A DNA stretch of 57,336 bases, the filler included, from Porpidia crustulata (taxonomy: Eukaryota): the NCBI GenBank assembly GCA_964255105.1. It is 6 parts of 6 records of this genome, joined end to end, with 100 filler letters (N's around TTAATTAATTAA, not from the genome) between each part and the next. Parts side by side here need not be neighbours in the genome. Positions count along the whole stretch, not along the records: positions 1 to 9,488 come from CAXUWE010000940.1; positions 9,589 to 19,072 come from CAXUWE010000941.1; 4 more parts are not named here. One strand, given 5' to 3'. The translations under genes and the position numbers were made by a program. The notes beneath the pieces are model-generated. The model saw only the letters and a program-made list of their open reading frames with translations, did no database searches and was not told the origin of the DNA. This document shows positions 1 to 11,144 of this stretch, in pieces. How positions within the stretch are numbered: position 1 is the stretch's first letter; every line of letters begins with the position of its first letter.

Positions 1-474
1 ACCCAGGGCCCCATCACCTGCAACGCCTACCAGGACAGCTACAGCAAATGCTGGAACGACGTGCACGGCGGCTCCGTCGAATCCTGCGCCTCCGCCATGG
101 CTGCCCAGCTGCCCAACGGCCCCATGACTTCGACGAGCCACAATCTCACTCAAGTCCTGCGGGAGGGCGCTTCCGGCGGCCAGGGCGGCAACGGCATCAC
201 CTACATGATGAATATTGGCTGGATCCCCGGCTGCAACGCGTACAAGTCGCAGGCGGCGGACAATCCGATGGGCAAGAGTGGGGATAGCACCATTAGCTAT
301 ACCACGCTGATCAAGGATACGTACTACAAGTGCACGGGCAATAATGGGCTCGGCGGGTGGCAGGATGTGGGGTGTTTGCGCTACGGGTTTTTCCCGAGCA
401 ATATCAATGGGATTTTTGCGAGTCCGCCGCATCCCGAGAAGTTCTGGCAGGCGAATATGAATATTTGTGGGTGA
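1..474 (+). CDS. 3' part of a Cys-rich, probably secreted protein (5'-truncated by contig start)
   Basis: Frame open from base 1 to TGA at 472-474, with strong C/G third-position codon bias. Several Cys and a C-terminal C..NNGLGGWQDVGCLRY segment resembling tails of fungal extracellular proteins. Family not identified. Confidence 0.55.
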   Translation, partial: TQGPITCNAYQDSYSKCWNDVHGGSVESCASAMAAQLPNGPMTSTSHNLTQVLREGASGGQGGNGITYMMNIGWIPGCNAYKSQAADNPMGKSGDSTISYTTLIKDTYYKCTGNNGLGGWQDVGCLRYGFFPSNINGIFASPPHPEKFWQANMNICG

Positions 475-1302
475 GTTGGAAGTTTTGGAAAGGGGCATGG
501 GCGGTGTTGTTCTGGGGGGTTGATCGGAGGGTTTGGGTGCATATCCGTGTTCGAGGGATTGGCATGTTGGGCTGGCGTTGTCCGTGGGATTTGAAGGTAA
601 AAATATTGATTTCACGGGATATGCTTTTTGGGCAGAGTTGTAGAATCTTGGATATTGAATATTGTGAATTTGGAAGAAGAAAATTCCATTTTCCGTTGAT
701 CGAGATGTATCTCCTAGATGCTATTGATAACTTAGATGTCTAACCGCCAAATCTCAGAAATCAATGAACTTTCTTTCTATCCTTGCTTGTGATACTTAAT
801 TATCCCTCTCGCGAACGTTGCCTTGGTACGGGTAGTCCATATCTAAGGGAAACAACACAGATTTTGATTATGGATTTTGCATATGCTCAAATCCTATACC
901 CGAGCTTCAAATCCTTCGAGCACACCGCTTCCTACCTCGATTTTCCACATGCCATCTAATTTCCTAACCGGATGGCAATACTCGTGAAACTTGGTGGGCA
1001 ACTCCTCGACTCTTCCGCTGACTTCTGCACTATCTCCCTCCATAAACATTGGAGGGCTAGGGGCTGCAAGGTGTCAAGGGTACTGGCGGGTAGTCGTGCG
1101 TGCACGGTAAACAGAACTCCGTGTACTTTGCAATTCGTCAGATCGGTGTTTGCGACCTTTGATGGAGGTAGGGATCCCGTCTTTGAGAACAACCTCCAGC
1201 GTGGCTGTCATAAGACCGCACAATGCGGTAAGGGTGGAGCGGTTCTGTAGTTCGAAGTGATGCACGGGGTAGGAATCAGGCTTCAAATTGTGGCCTAGCT
1301 AT

Positions 1303-2264
1303 CTAGGAAACGTTGCCTGGGAGTTTAGGTGCTGCGTTCCGCTCTTTCGGTACTCCTGCGGGCTCTTGATCGTAGGGATTCCTATGCGGTGCTTCTGTTC
1401 CGTCGTAAACCATACTAACCACTTCCACAATCTCGAACGGTTTCTCCTTAAGCAACTGGCGCTCACAGACGCTTAACCTCCATCCAATGGCGACCTCGAA
1501 TGTGCCTTCATTCCCCTTGAACCTGACCGCTTCCAGAGGCGCTAACAGAGCTACAACCTCTCCGTCTCCTACCGGGCAACCGTTGGGCCTCAAGGGGAGG
1601 TAGAGTTGGTTGATGTTTAAGCGTATATCGTGCAGGTTCTTCATGCTGGCGAGGGTATCGCACATGAACGTCCAAGTTCTAGAGTCGCCTGTGGGTGCCT
1701 TACCGAGGTGTGGCAAGCGGTAGTATGTGGCTTCGAGGCGGAGATGGCGGACGTGCGTGAGGAAGTAGGGGGATTGAGAGCGGATGTCTTCGAGGAGGGG
1801 TAGTTGCCATACCGCGAATGTAGGGTCCGAGTAGAGGTGGGGGATGGTTTCGTTGTGCCTAACAGACTGTCAATGAAGGCTTCGACGCGAGGGGTGTAAT
1901 CAGTGTGATTAGCTACTTACACCAGGCTACAAGTCTTGCAGAGCGCTAGAAGCCGGTCGTTCGGGTATTCTTCCTTGTCCAGTATCGGGCAACCGTCGAG
2001 GCCTTCAACGCCATGCCGGTGACCATCCCTGGACTCTTCCTCGCACCTCAAGTGAGCTAGACGCTGGCCCATGTCCAGGAGATGAATAATTGAGTGGCCA
2101 AATACATGTTCGTAGATAGTCCTTCGGATCTCGATAGGTAGTTTCGTGAGGAAAGAGGATTGTGGTTGCGGAGCGGGCAACTTACGTTGGAGTATGGAAT
2201 CCTGCATCTCGATGTGGGAATCTGAAGCTGCAGACGTTATTGATTGATAGAGGGACTGCAGCAT
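1303..2264 (-). CDS. Hypothetical protein with an F-box-like 'SFLTKLPIEIRRTIYEHVF' motif (DUF7730-like), 2 exons
   Basis: Exon 1 2264-1921, intron 1920-1859 (GTAAGT...TTAG), exon 2 1858-1303. Splicing joins 'LLALCKTCSLV' to 'HNETIPHLYS' in frame. Confidence 0.65.
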
Positions 2265-3795
2265 GTTTCGTCTACTTCATACAATACGAGGCATGGTACC
2301 TGTTTATAATACACCACCCCCGTTGCCCCGGTGTCATACTCTAGTTTCGTGCGGAATCGTCCCGATTGTACAACCATAGCGAAAGACAATTCATCACTAA
2401 AAAGAGGCTTAACAAGACCTGATGGAGTAATTTTCCTCAAGTCCATATTCCACAGCTTCTGTAGCTTACATATTTGATCTTCTTCAGCCAAGAAATCTAC
2501 AATTTAATTGCTTCAAAACACCTGGCGATTCTTCTATTTCACTTCCTGAGTATCTATCCCCAAACCCGAATTATGTAGCGCTTCATTATCACTATTTTTG
2601 AGTGCCAAGTTTCGAAATTGTTGGTAAGTCCAACGCAGGATACTCTCAAGTCTCAAGACTAGTGAGAGGAATAATTCAAATTTTCGAGGAGCCGGCTCGT
2701 GTTTGCCGTTTAGTATTTAATCATCATACGTTCAATTCCTATCGACGCTGGCACAATGGTGTGGCGGTTTTATCTTTTCTCCGGCTGCCCTTCATGAAAG
2801 GAATTGGAGTGAGCGCTTTGAAATGTTATTGTTGAGACTCCAATGTTGACAATATCAATCGACATTAAGATAAAAAGGGTACAAATTTAAAGACCAAAAA
2901 TAGGAGGTAGAGAATGCGATTCGTGCTCCTTAATATTTCAATAAATCTTTCTCGAGACACAAGCACCAGAAGAACTTAATTTAGTGACGTTCAATTAATG
3001 ACAATAGGATTATCCCTAGACCCTGCAATAGTGGTTCCCGCAGCGTTGGTCTTGCGTACCCTTCACAGCTTGAAAATTCTGGGTCGAGCCTAGGGCAAAG
3101 ATCTTCGAGCGTTTCGCTCAACGATAGCATACGTCCTTGTACAACGATTTCCAGCTCAGCCATCGTCTACGACTCATCAGCACCATACAGCTGACGCCAT
3201 AGCTCGTTGCAAAAGTCGCCACAAAACGCCAAACGAGCCCTGTCTCCGCAAGTCCTGCAAAAGGTCTCTTCCCCCTGCCTCCATTTCATCCCCTCCACAA
3301 CGCTTGCATGCTTGAATGAAATGTGAACCGATAGTGATATATATCGTAGGAAGCTCGGCAGTAAACCCTCCCCAAATCTCCCCCCATGCTAGATGGTTAT
3401 TGGTCATATCTACGCAATGTATAAATTGCGTCTAAGAGCATTGGGGGCCAGAAAACACTGATCTTATTCGAAATGGTGCTGCAATTTCGACCGTCCATAC
3501 ATCCAGTACGAACCGAAATCCCACCTTTCGGTGATGCGATATATGGAAGCCTGCAGTTGGTGAAGAACCCGTGACCGTGACGACCAAGAAGCTGTGATGC
3601 AACCTGTCATGTCCTGCTACGCCATGCCCAACTCTAAGCGATTTAAAAAAAGGAACGATCCACTGGCTTAAGGAAGCGTGGTGCGTCCCTCAGCTACAGT
3701 GAAAAATCCATGCCACCGGAAGGACCTCCAAAACCAGTCTTGTCCGGCCATCCATCCGTAACCCCCTCTAACTCCAGAACATACAAACGCACGTT

Positions 3796-5835
3796 TCACC
3801 CTTCAAAAACCGCATGGTTCAACTCGACCCCGAAATCCTTGGCGATCCGCTTCATCTGCGCCTCCATATCATCTTCCATGCCGCCGCCCACACCGAAAAA
3901 CTGCCTTACCTTCCCAGCCCAGAACACCAAATCGCTGCCAAGCAGCACGAACTTGAAAATGATGTGGCGCCCAAAATTGACCGTCTTCTGGCGCAGACTG
4001 AGGTCGGGACTGTCGACGAGGCTGCGCGAGGCCCAGGTGCCGGTGATCTTGATGCGGTTGACGGGGGAGCCGAGAAACTGGTTGTTCTGCTGCACGATGC
4101 GCAGGTTGCGGCCGATGAAGATAAGCTCCTGCGGCCATTTTTTCTCGTCGCCGAGAATGTCGCGCATTCCCTGGCGCATCTTCTGCTGCATCTCATAGGC
4201 GCGTTCGGCCTGCTCGCGGCCGGTGAGGCCCTTGCGGATCTCGTCGGAGGTGGTGTTGTCGCCCCCGGCGTAGGGCCGCATCAGCGTGGCGGAGGCGAAG
4301 ATGTCGGCATTGTTGATGCCCCAGCTCTTGACGATGGTGTTGAGCGTGGCGTTGTCGAAGGTCATGAGGGATTTCCAGAAAAGGCTGTACTGGTGGCGGA
4401 ACTCGGGCGCCATGTGGATGTATAGGCCGTGATCGATGAGGACCAGCTCGGGTTTGCCGCCCGGAAGGCGGCGAATGAAGATGTTGCCGGGGTGAGGATC
4501 ACAGTGGACCCAGCCCCAGAGGAACATTTGGGCGGAGAAGAGGTCAATCATTTCGGTCATGACGTCTTTGAGAGAAAGGCCTAGGCCGCCTTTGTCCGAG
4601 GGGCCTTTCCACCAGTCACGATTGGGCTTGATTATTTCACTCGTTGGATGGCTTACTCCTACTTTCTGGACTTCTTCTTGCTTGGGAGGTTCTAGAGGGG
4701 TGCCGCGACAGCCAGGACTTCCTTGGCTACGCTTACCGAGCCATGGACGTGTGAGATTTTCTTTGTCCCATAGACGAACTCCCTCAATCCATTCTGCCGT
4801 CATGACACGTTTCGAACTCAAATCCCGGTATATTTTCGGAATGTAGACTCGGCCGCGGAGACGAGACTCGCCCGCGACGAGCTTTGCCATACGCTCGGAG
4901 TTGTCGGCTTCGTTCACAAAATCCGTCTCGAGCAGCAGTCGTTGCGAGATGAACGGTACAAGACTATACAGAGGAAGATCGAACCAAGCGGTGTATATCC
5001 AGGTAACAACCTTGAAAGTCCAAAGATCCCAGCCCACCTGCTGGGCAATCTCACTTTTTTGCACCTTGATCGCAACCTCCCTCCCATCCGGCAACCTTGC
5101 CCAATGGACCTGTGCCACGCTGGCGCTTGCTTTTGCAGTCCTTTCCATGACACCCTTGCCCGGCTCTCCGCTGAAACTTATGCCAAATACTTCCTCGGGC
5201 GATTTCCCAAAGTCCTCCCGGATTACTTTCTCCACCTCTTTCCAGCTATTCTGGGGAGCGTCATCGAACATCTTGGCAAACATCTTCTGGAATTCTGGAG
5301 GAAGGATGGCAGATTGCATTGCAATGGCTTGCCCGATTTTGAGGTACAGTCCTCCATTGGCGCGTAGAAGTTCGAACAAGCGCTCTGCATTGCGGGCGTG
5401 TAGTGCAGCGATGGATTCTGCGAGCGGTGGATTCGGACGGAAATTGATCTTGTAGTCCACCGCTACTATCAACCCGAGGCCGAAGGTGCGCGCACTGCGG
5501 GTTATGGATGAGGCATAAAACTGTTGGTCGAGGCCGTACAGTACACCCGTACCGAGAGTCAAGTATATGAGGCGGCGAGCCCATTTCCGTATTCGACGGT
5601 ATTGTTTAGCTGGCGCTGCTTTGGGGAGAGAATCTGGTGGAGGGAGGCCACTGAAGGGCTGGAACTGCTGCGGTTGGATAGACTTTACAGAAAAGAGTTT
5701 ACGGGAGGCCGATGGTGATAGATGGTTTTGCTTAGCAAGGCAACGTACGCAGAGGCCAGTCAAGGGACGAATCATGCCTTCCCCTGTGGACAGCTCTGCA
5801 CAAAGCAATGATATGGGGTTGATATGGAAGCACAT
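3796..5835 (-). CDS. ABC1/UbiB family atypical protein kinase (ADCK1/Mcp2-like, probably mitochondrial)
   Basis: Intronless 679-aa ORF with GGLYLKIGQ, ASASVAQVH, VAIKVQ, HCDPHPGN and DHG motifs. The true start may be MIRPLTG near 5775. Confidence 0.9.
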   Translation of the reverse strand: MCFHINPISLLCAELSTGEGMIRPLTGLCVRCLAKQNHLSPSASRKLFSVKSIQPQQFQPFSGLPPPDSLPKAAPAKQYRRIRKWARRLIYLTLGTGVLYGLDQQFYASSITRSARTFGLGLIVAVDYKINFRPNPPLAESIAALHARNAERLFELLRANGGLYLKIGQAIAMQSAILPPEFQKMFAKMFDDAPQNSWKEVEKVIREDFGKSPEEVFGISFSGEPGKGVMERTAKASASVAQVHWARLPDGREVAIKVQKSEIAQQVGWDLWTFKVVTWIYTAWFDLPLYSLVPFISQRLLLETDFVNEADNSERMAKLVAGESRLRGRVYIPKIYRDLSSKRVMTAEWIEGVRLWDKENLTRPWLGKRSQGSPGCRGTPLEPPKQEEVQKVGVSHPTSEIIKPNRDWWKGPSDKGGLGLSLKDVMTEMIDLFSAQMFLWGWVHCDPHPGNIFIRRLPGGKPELVLIDHGLYIHMAPEFRHQYSLFWKSLMTFDNATLNTIVKSWGINNADIFASATLMRPYAGGDNTTSDEIRKGLTGREQAERAYEMQQKMRQGMRDILGDEKKWPQELIFIGRNLRIVQQNNQFLGSPVNRIKITGTWASRSLVDSPDLSLRQKTVNFGRHIIFKFVLLGSDLVFWAGKVRQFFGVGGGMEDDMEAQMKRIAKDFGVELNHAVFEG

Positions 5836-6845
5836 CCATATCTCAGTCTACCATATAATCGTAAGCGAGTTGCTTTCGATGACGATTTCATTTTAGCCTC
5901 CTGTAGCGTGAAACTATCCTGCTATCTAATCACCTAATCAGAATCATTATGATATTGACACCTATGCGTGCTATGTTGTGGTACATTCTTGAAAGCAAGT
6001 CATGAGATTGACTCACAAGAGATAAAATGATAGGTTCTCTCAGTGTGGAATTGGTAGAGATGACTGGCACGACTGGCACCTGTGACATTGCTGTAACCGA
6101 AAGCCCCTGGTTTCACAATCCGATGAGTTTTCTGAGTTTACTCTCTGTACTGAAGGAGTGGGACAGTAACATAGCCCCAGGATATTAACACCGAATTCAG
6201 TTGTGCAACCTACTTGGATCTTTACAGAGAGACTTGCCCACGTACAAACTGTTGCCAATCAATCTTCCTACCGTGCATCCCAGTGAATTTGCACACAAGC
6301 GGACATCTCATTTAAAAAACAGTGGAGCGCGGATAGTAGGGAGAATCTGCCAAAGCAAATTAAATACTAACACCACTGACTTCCCTCAACAAACTAAAAA
6401 ACCATTCCTTTTCGCTCAAACATCCTAATTCATTTCAGCACCCACACTCCTACTCCCACATTCCTTTCTAGACGCTCCTTCATACACAAGTATTGAATTG
6501 TTTTATTGGACTAGAACCCTCGACCGCAGCCACAACGCGACTGCGCGCTAACTTTGAACCTTTACTCCTCCTGGCTAAGCCCGCCGTTGCACACCACCCC
6601 CAGAGAATCCAGTCCCCGCCTATTCGACCAACTTCATGCCCTGAATTCTCGTCTGATTGCCCCAAGTTTAAGGCGACTTATCGTGCTACACGATTCTTGT
6701 ATATGGGATCGCAGCCAAAGATGTTATTGTGAAGGACTGGCGGCGTCGTTGTGTACTGCTGGCGTAAAAGGGCAGATTACAAGACGGAGCCAATTTACTC
6801 TTGAAAGAGCCGGACGTTTGAAGAAGATTGAACGCATCAATCGCA

Positions 6846-9465
6846 ATGTTACGGCCAGCTACACCCCTCGCGATCCTTCTGCTCATTGCTTTTGTCCTTT
6901 TGCTTCTATCCGTGATCTCAACCCCAATTGTCAAAGGGATACCACTCGCATCGTTCCAAGGCGTTCAGTTCGGGGTATTTGGTTATTGCAAGGGCACTCA
7001 GTGTACTGGCGTACAGGTCGGATACACCACGAGTAAGTTCTCATCCTTTCATCGCGAAAGCAGGGTGCGGAAGAAGTGCTGGGTAGGAATGCCGAGGAGT
7101 CATGTATCAAGCCTTTCATGCTATTATCAAAGTTTTCAAGCACACGTTATGTCGTGCGAAACATTCTTTACAACGGACTAACATGGTCCTCCGCAGATTC
7201 TCAGACTCTTTTTGGTAACAGCAAAGATGATGCGGACTTCTCACTTCCCCCGGCTGCTCGATCCTCATTGTCTTCGATCTTGATAGTGCATCCAGTCGCC
7301 GCCCTCCTGACCCTCATCTGTTTTATACTAGCCGCTACCGCCCATCTACATTCACCATCTCATTCACCACGCTATCTTCTCGCGCTGCTGATCTTGCTAC
7401 TTCCAACTCTACTGCTCAGCCTTCTGGCATTCCTGGTGGATATTCTGTTGTTTGTGCCTCATCTCCAGTGGGGAGGATGGATTGTTTTAGCGTCTACCAT
7501 CCTGATTGCTGCAAGTGGTGTGGTGACCTGCGCCATGCGAAGGACACTGGTGAACAGGAAGGCGAGAAAGAAGAGGATAGCCGACAACGCGGAGATGAGC
7601 GGGGCAAACTTCTACAACCGTGAGCAGGACGCAGGTCGAGCCGAATCTCCCCCTCCACTCGGGCCGCTGTCAAATATATCGCCAACGGCCAATGGCACGC
7701 CAGTCTCGGAGAAACCGACGTTCGCCACCTTTGAGCCCAAGCGAGCTGTCGACGAAGAACGCATACCTCTCAATCAAAGATCACTTTCAAACAAGACGTT
7801 GCCAAGTACCGTAAGTGCAACGCTTACCGTATCAGAAAGTGAGTTTGATCGGTATGGAAGTCCGGGTAGAGGAGGTAGAGGTGGAATGCAAGGCGGACGT
7901 GGTGGAAGGTATAATGTTCCCCGGGATGAGTATGGGAATCCGTTACAGCCTTCAGATGCGTTTGGGCCTTTACCTCCAGGAGCTGTGCGACGGAGTCCTT
8001 CAGATAGAGGCTTAGACCGTCAATACTCAAACGACACGATGAACGTGCAAGGCTTCCGAGGAAGAGGGAGGGGAGGATATCCACCGAGGGGCTACGGGAG
8101 AGGCGGACCATACGGGCCTGGTAGAGGGGGCCCCGGGATGAATGGGAATGGGAGAGGAGCACCAAGGGGGGCTATGGCAGCTGGAGCGGGAGCAGGTTAC
8201 ATGGCAGGTGAGATGGGTGGTCGTGGTCAACGAGGGCCGCCCCCTGGTTACGGCAATGAAGGTCCTGCAGGAACCGGTAGAAGCCCATCCGCGCCAGGCT
8301 ATGGCAGACGCCCATCACCAGGTCCTCCGTCAGCTCCGGGAAACTACGGTAGGCGACCTTCTCCAGGTCCGCCGTCGGCGCCAGGAATATATGGCCGCCA
8401 AGCATCACCAGGACCTCCGTCCGCACCCGGCGGTTATGGTAGACAGCCATCACCAGGCCCGCCTACAGCTGCTGGCTACGTGGGGAGACAGGCATCGCCA
8501 GGCCCTCATGGGCAAAAAATGTATCGGGGCGAATCACCTCCACCACCCCTGCCCATTCAGCATCCACCTCCTGAAGAAATGATTGGACAAGCAGTGGAGA
8601 TGGACGCTTTTTCTGCAAGTCCGTTGCAATCACCTTCACAAAACCGACCAATGCAGTTGCGAGACAGTGATAGCGATGTTGGAGGTCTAGTTGCACTGCA
8701 GCAGCAAAGACCAGAACAGCAACACGATAGCATAACGAGCGTCTATAGCTCGCAAGAGTAGGTCACGTCCCTATCGTTATTTAACACAGCTGACAATTGT
8801 CCAGACAATATGTACCTCCTCGCACTGCTTGGGCGGGAGCTCCCACTCGCAATGGCACTCCACCTAACTTCTCCCAACCTCGCTCTCCCCTCGCCGCTCC
8901 GCCAGTGGAACTTCCTACTGAAGCCACCCCCCGAATCGCCCAAGAACCCCAAAGTCGTTCACACCAGCACACACGATTCAATTCCGGTGATAACTACTAC
9001 GAAGACGTGGATCCACGCTTTGCCGCCCCCGAAGAAATCGTCCCTCAACACCAACCACCTCAACCCGCATCAGTTCCCTCCTCGCTAATGCCTGGCCATG
9101 CTCACAATAATAACCATAATCTCAGCAACACACCAAACGATTCCAACTACCAATCCCATCTCGAACCTTCTTCGTCCTTCGAATCTATACAGGAAGGCGC
9201 TCGGTCTCCTGCCATAAGTGGAGATAGCGATTACACTTCCATTTCTCAGCGCGGCATTAACCCGGCTTGGAGACCGCCTCCTCAGCAGCAGCAGCTTGGG
9301 CCAGGACCGTATCGCGGACCACCGCCGCAGCAGCAGCAGAGGGACATGCTTTTAGGGGGGAATCCAGATTTCGAGCTGCCTGGGAGAGGGGGAAGAATGG
9401 GTGCAGGTAGAGGTGGACGGGGAGGGGGCCCGCCGCCAGGACCATATCCGGGGGGCTTAATATGA
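6846..9465 (+). CDS. palI: pH-response membrane protein PalI/Rim9 (Sur7/PalI family), 3 exons
   Basis: MLRPATPLAILLLIAFVLLLLSVISTP...FGVFGYC N-terminus, TM helices and a long Gly/Pro/Arg-rich tail. Exons 6846-7032, 7197-8757 and 8805-9465 with GT-AG introns that join in frame. Confidence 0.88.
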
Positions 9466-9488
9466 GATTTGGGGAGGCAAAAGGAGAT

Positions 9489-9588
9489 NNNNNNNNNNNN
9501 NNNNNNNNNNNNNNNNNNNNNNNNNNNNNNNNTTAATTAATTAANNNNNNNNNNNNNNNNNNNNNNNNNNNNNNNNNNNNNNNNNNNN
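9489..9588. other. Artificial contig-joining spacer
   Basis: 100 nt of N with a central TTAATTAATTAA (stops in all six frames). Identical spacers occur at four other places. Confidence 0.99.
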
Positions 9589-10223
9589 GAGGAGTGAGGA
9601 GTAGGGAGGGATTTTGGTAGGTGGGCGGTTGGGAAGGGATTCCCAAGGATTTCCTAATAGTAGCTAACAGTACCTAACAGTACCTAACAATTCCTAATAA
9701 TCCCTAAACAGTGGCAAGAATGCCACAGCGAAAGGAATCGAAGAGGAAACGCGTGGAAATGCTAAACCACATCCGCGCGTCATGGAAATGGGTCTATGCA
9801 ATTATTTCGCCCTACATGGTTCGTTTCTTCTTTCTTCTACGCAGTCAGCTTGAAGTTAGGGAATTACTGTTCGATATTGTATTAATAAGGGTATGGATAT
9901 CTATGTGCGGTGAATTTTCAGGATACGGGTTTTGAGGGTTTGGGTTTTGATGCTGACGGCTCGTGTCAGGGTCACCACAGAGATTTATCTTGTATAAATT
10001 ACGTGGTATCATAGACCCCTGCGCCGGTGCATCCGCGGCGCTGAACATATTCCGGCCGTGATTCCCTCACTTCCAACACGAGATCAGCACTTCAAAATCC
10101 TTGGCGTGGTGGCGAGGTCCGTGTTCTCTAGGGCGGAGTCAAGTCCATTCCCTCTCAAATGTAAAATGCGGGGGGTTGGTACGTTGAGTATCAAACTCTG
10201 CATCCCCCGGTCTCATCCAATAC

Positions 10224-11144
10224 TCACAAAGGCCTCCCGCGTTCAAACTTCCGGCAAATCTCGGCGATGCCTCCGCCATCGAAGCGTTCGTCAAGGCCGA
10301 CCCACATGTCCACCCAGCCCGCTCGCTTCGCCGCTCTTGCGTCTTCGAGGTTCCAGCTCTCTTCACCGTCTCTCTCGATGTAAATGGTTTGGTAGCCGCA
10401 GGCCTTGGCGGCTTGGCGGTCGGCAAAATGGGCGGCGACNNNNNNNNNNGGAGTGGCTTGTGGGCAAGCCAAGTTTCTTGGCTGCACCGGTGTAGATCTG
10501 GGGGGATGGTTTGTAGGCTTGGAAGTGCTCGGCGGAGAAGATGTGGTGCCAGTGCAGATCGGCGTGCTTCGCCATGTCCTGCAGGAGTTCGACGTTGCCG
10601 TTTGATAAAGTGCAGGTCTGATATCCTTCCCGGTTCAACTGTTTGATTCCGTTGGAGGAATCTAGCCAGCCGTCGAGGTGATGCCATATCCGTGATATCT
10701 CCTTCACTTCCTCGTCTCTCCACAATTCTGAAATGTGATTGTCCTTCAGCAGTTGCACGAGTGAGTCATGGTGATGCTGGTCGACGGAGATGAACGTCGA
10801 ACCCGGGTCATGGCTGCGTGTGAAATACATGTAGCTATCTCGCCACAATTGGGCGAAAGTCGGCCACGAGATTGCCTCACACTGAAAGCGAAGGTTGGCC
10901 GATAGAGAAGAGCAAGGGGAATTGAGGGTTTCGTGGGCACGGGCAGCGAGGAAATTCGTCATGGTCGAGCGCCAGTCGACGACGGTGCCGAAGACCTACA
11001 GAAAGACGATCCGTCAGCCTGCAGAGCCATCAGAGCATCTCAGCTACGGAAGTGCTGTTTGGGCGGAGAGACTGCGGCGGAAAGCGAAGGATACACAGGA
11101 CATACGTCAAAGAGAAGAGCCTTTGGCGGATTGATGCAGCTCAT
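10224..11144 (-). CDS. Haloacid dehalogenase type II (HAD-like hydrolase), 2 exons, 10-N gap at 10440-10449
   Basis: Exon 1 MSCINPPKALLFD (11144-11106), intron GTATGT...TAG, then VFGTVVDWR, giving HAD motif I (FDVFGT). Also TLSNGN, YKPSP and VAAH motifs. The frame change across the N gap probably reflects an arbitrary gap size. Confidence 0.88.

Noticed and set aside
9533..9544. TTAATTAATTAA palindromes as a biological repeat
   Set aside because: Embedded in N runs. This is a synthetic six-frame stop linker.
9651..9710. Degenerate 10-bp repeat (cctaacagta) resembling telomeric repeats
   Set aside because: Not CCCTAA-periodic. A short minisatellite near a contig end.
10363..10487. Frameshift or pseudogene call for the HAD gene
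   Set aside because: The frame change coincides with a 10-N gap of arbitrary length.
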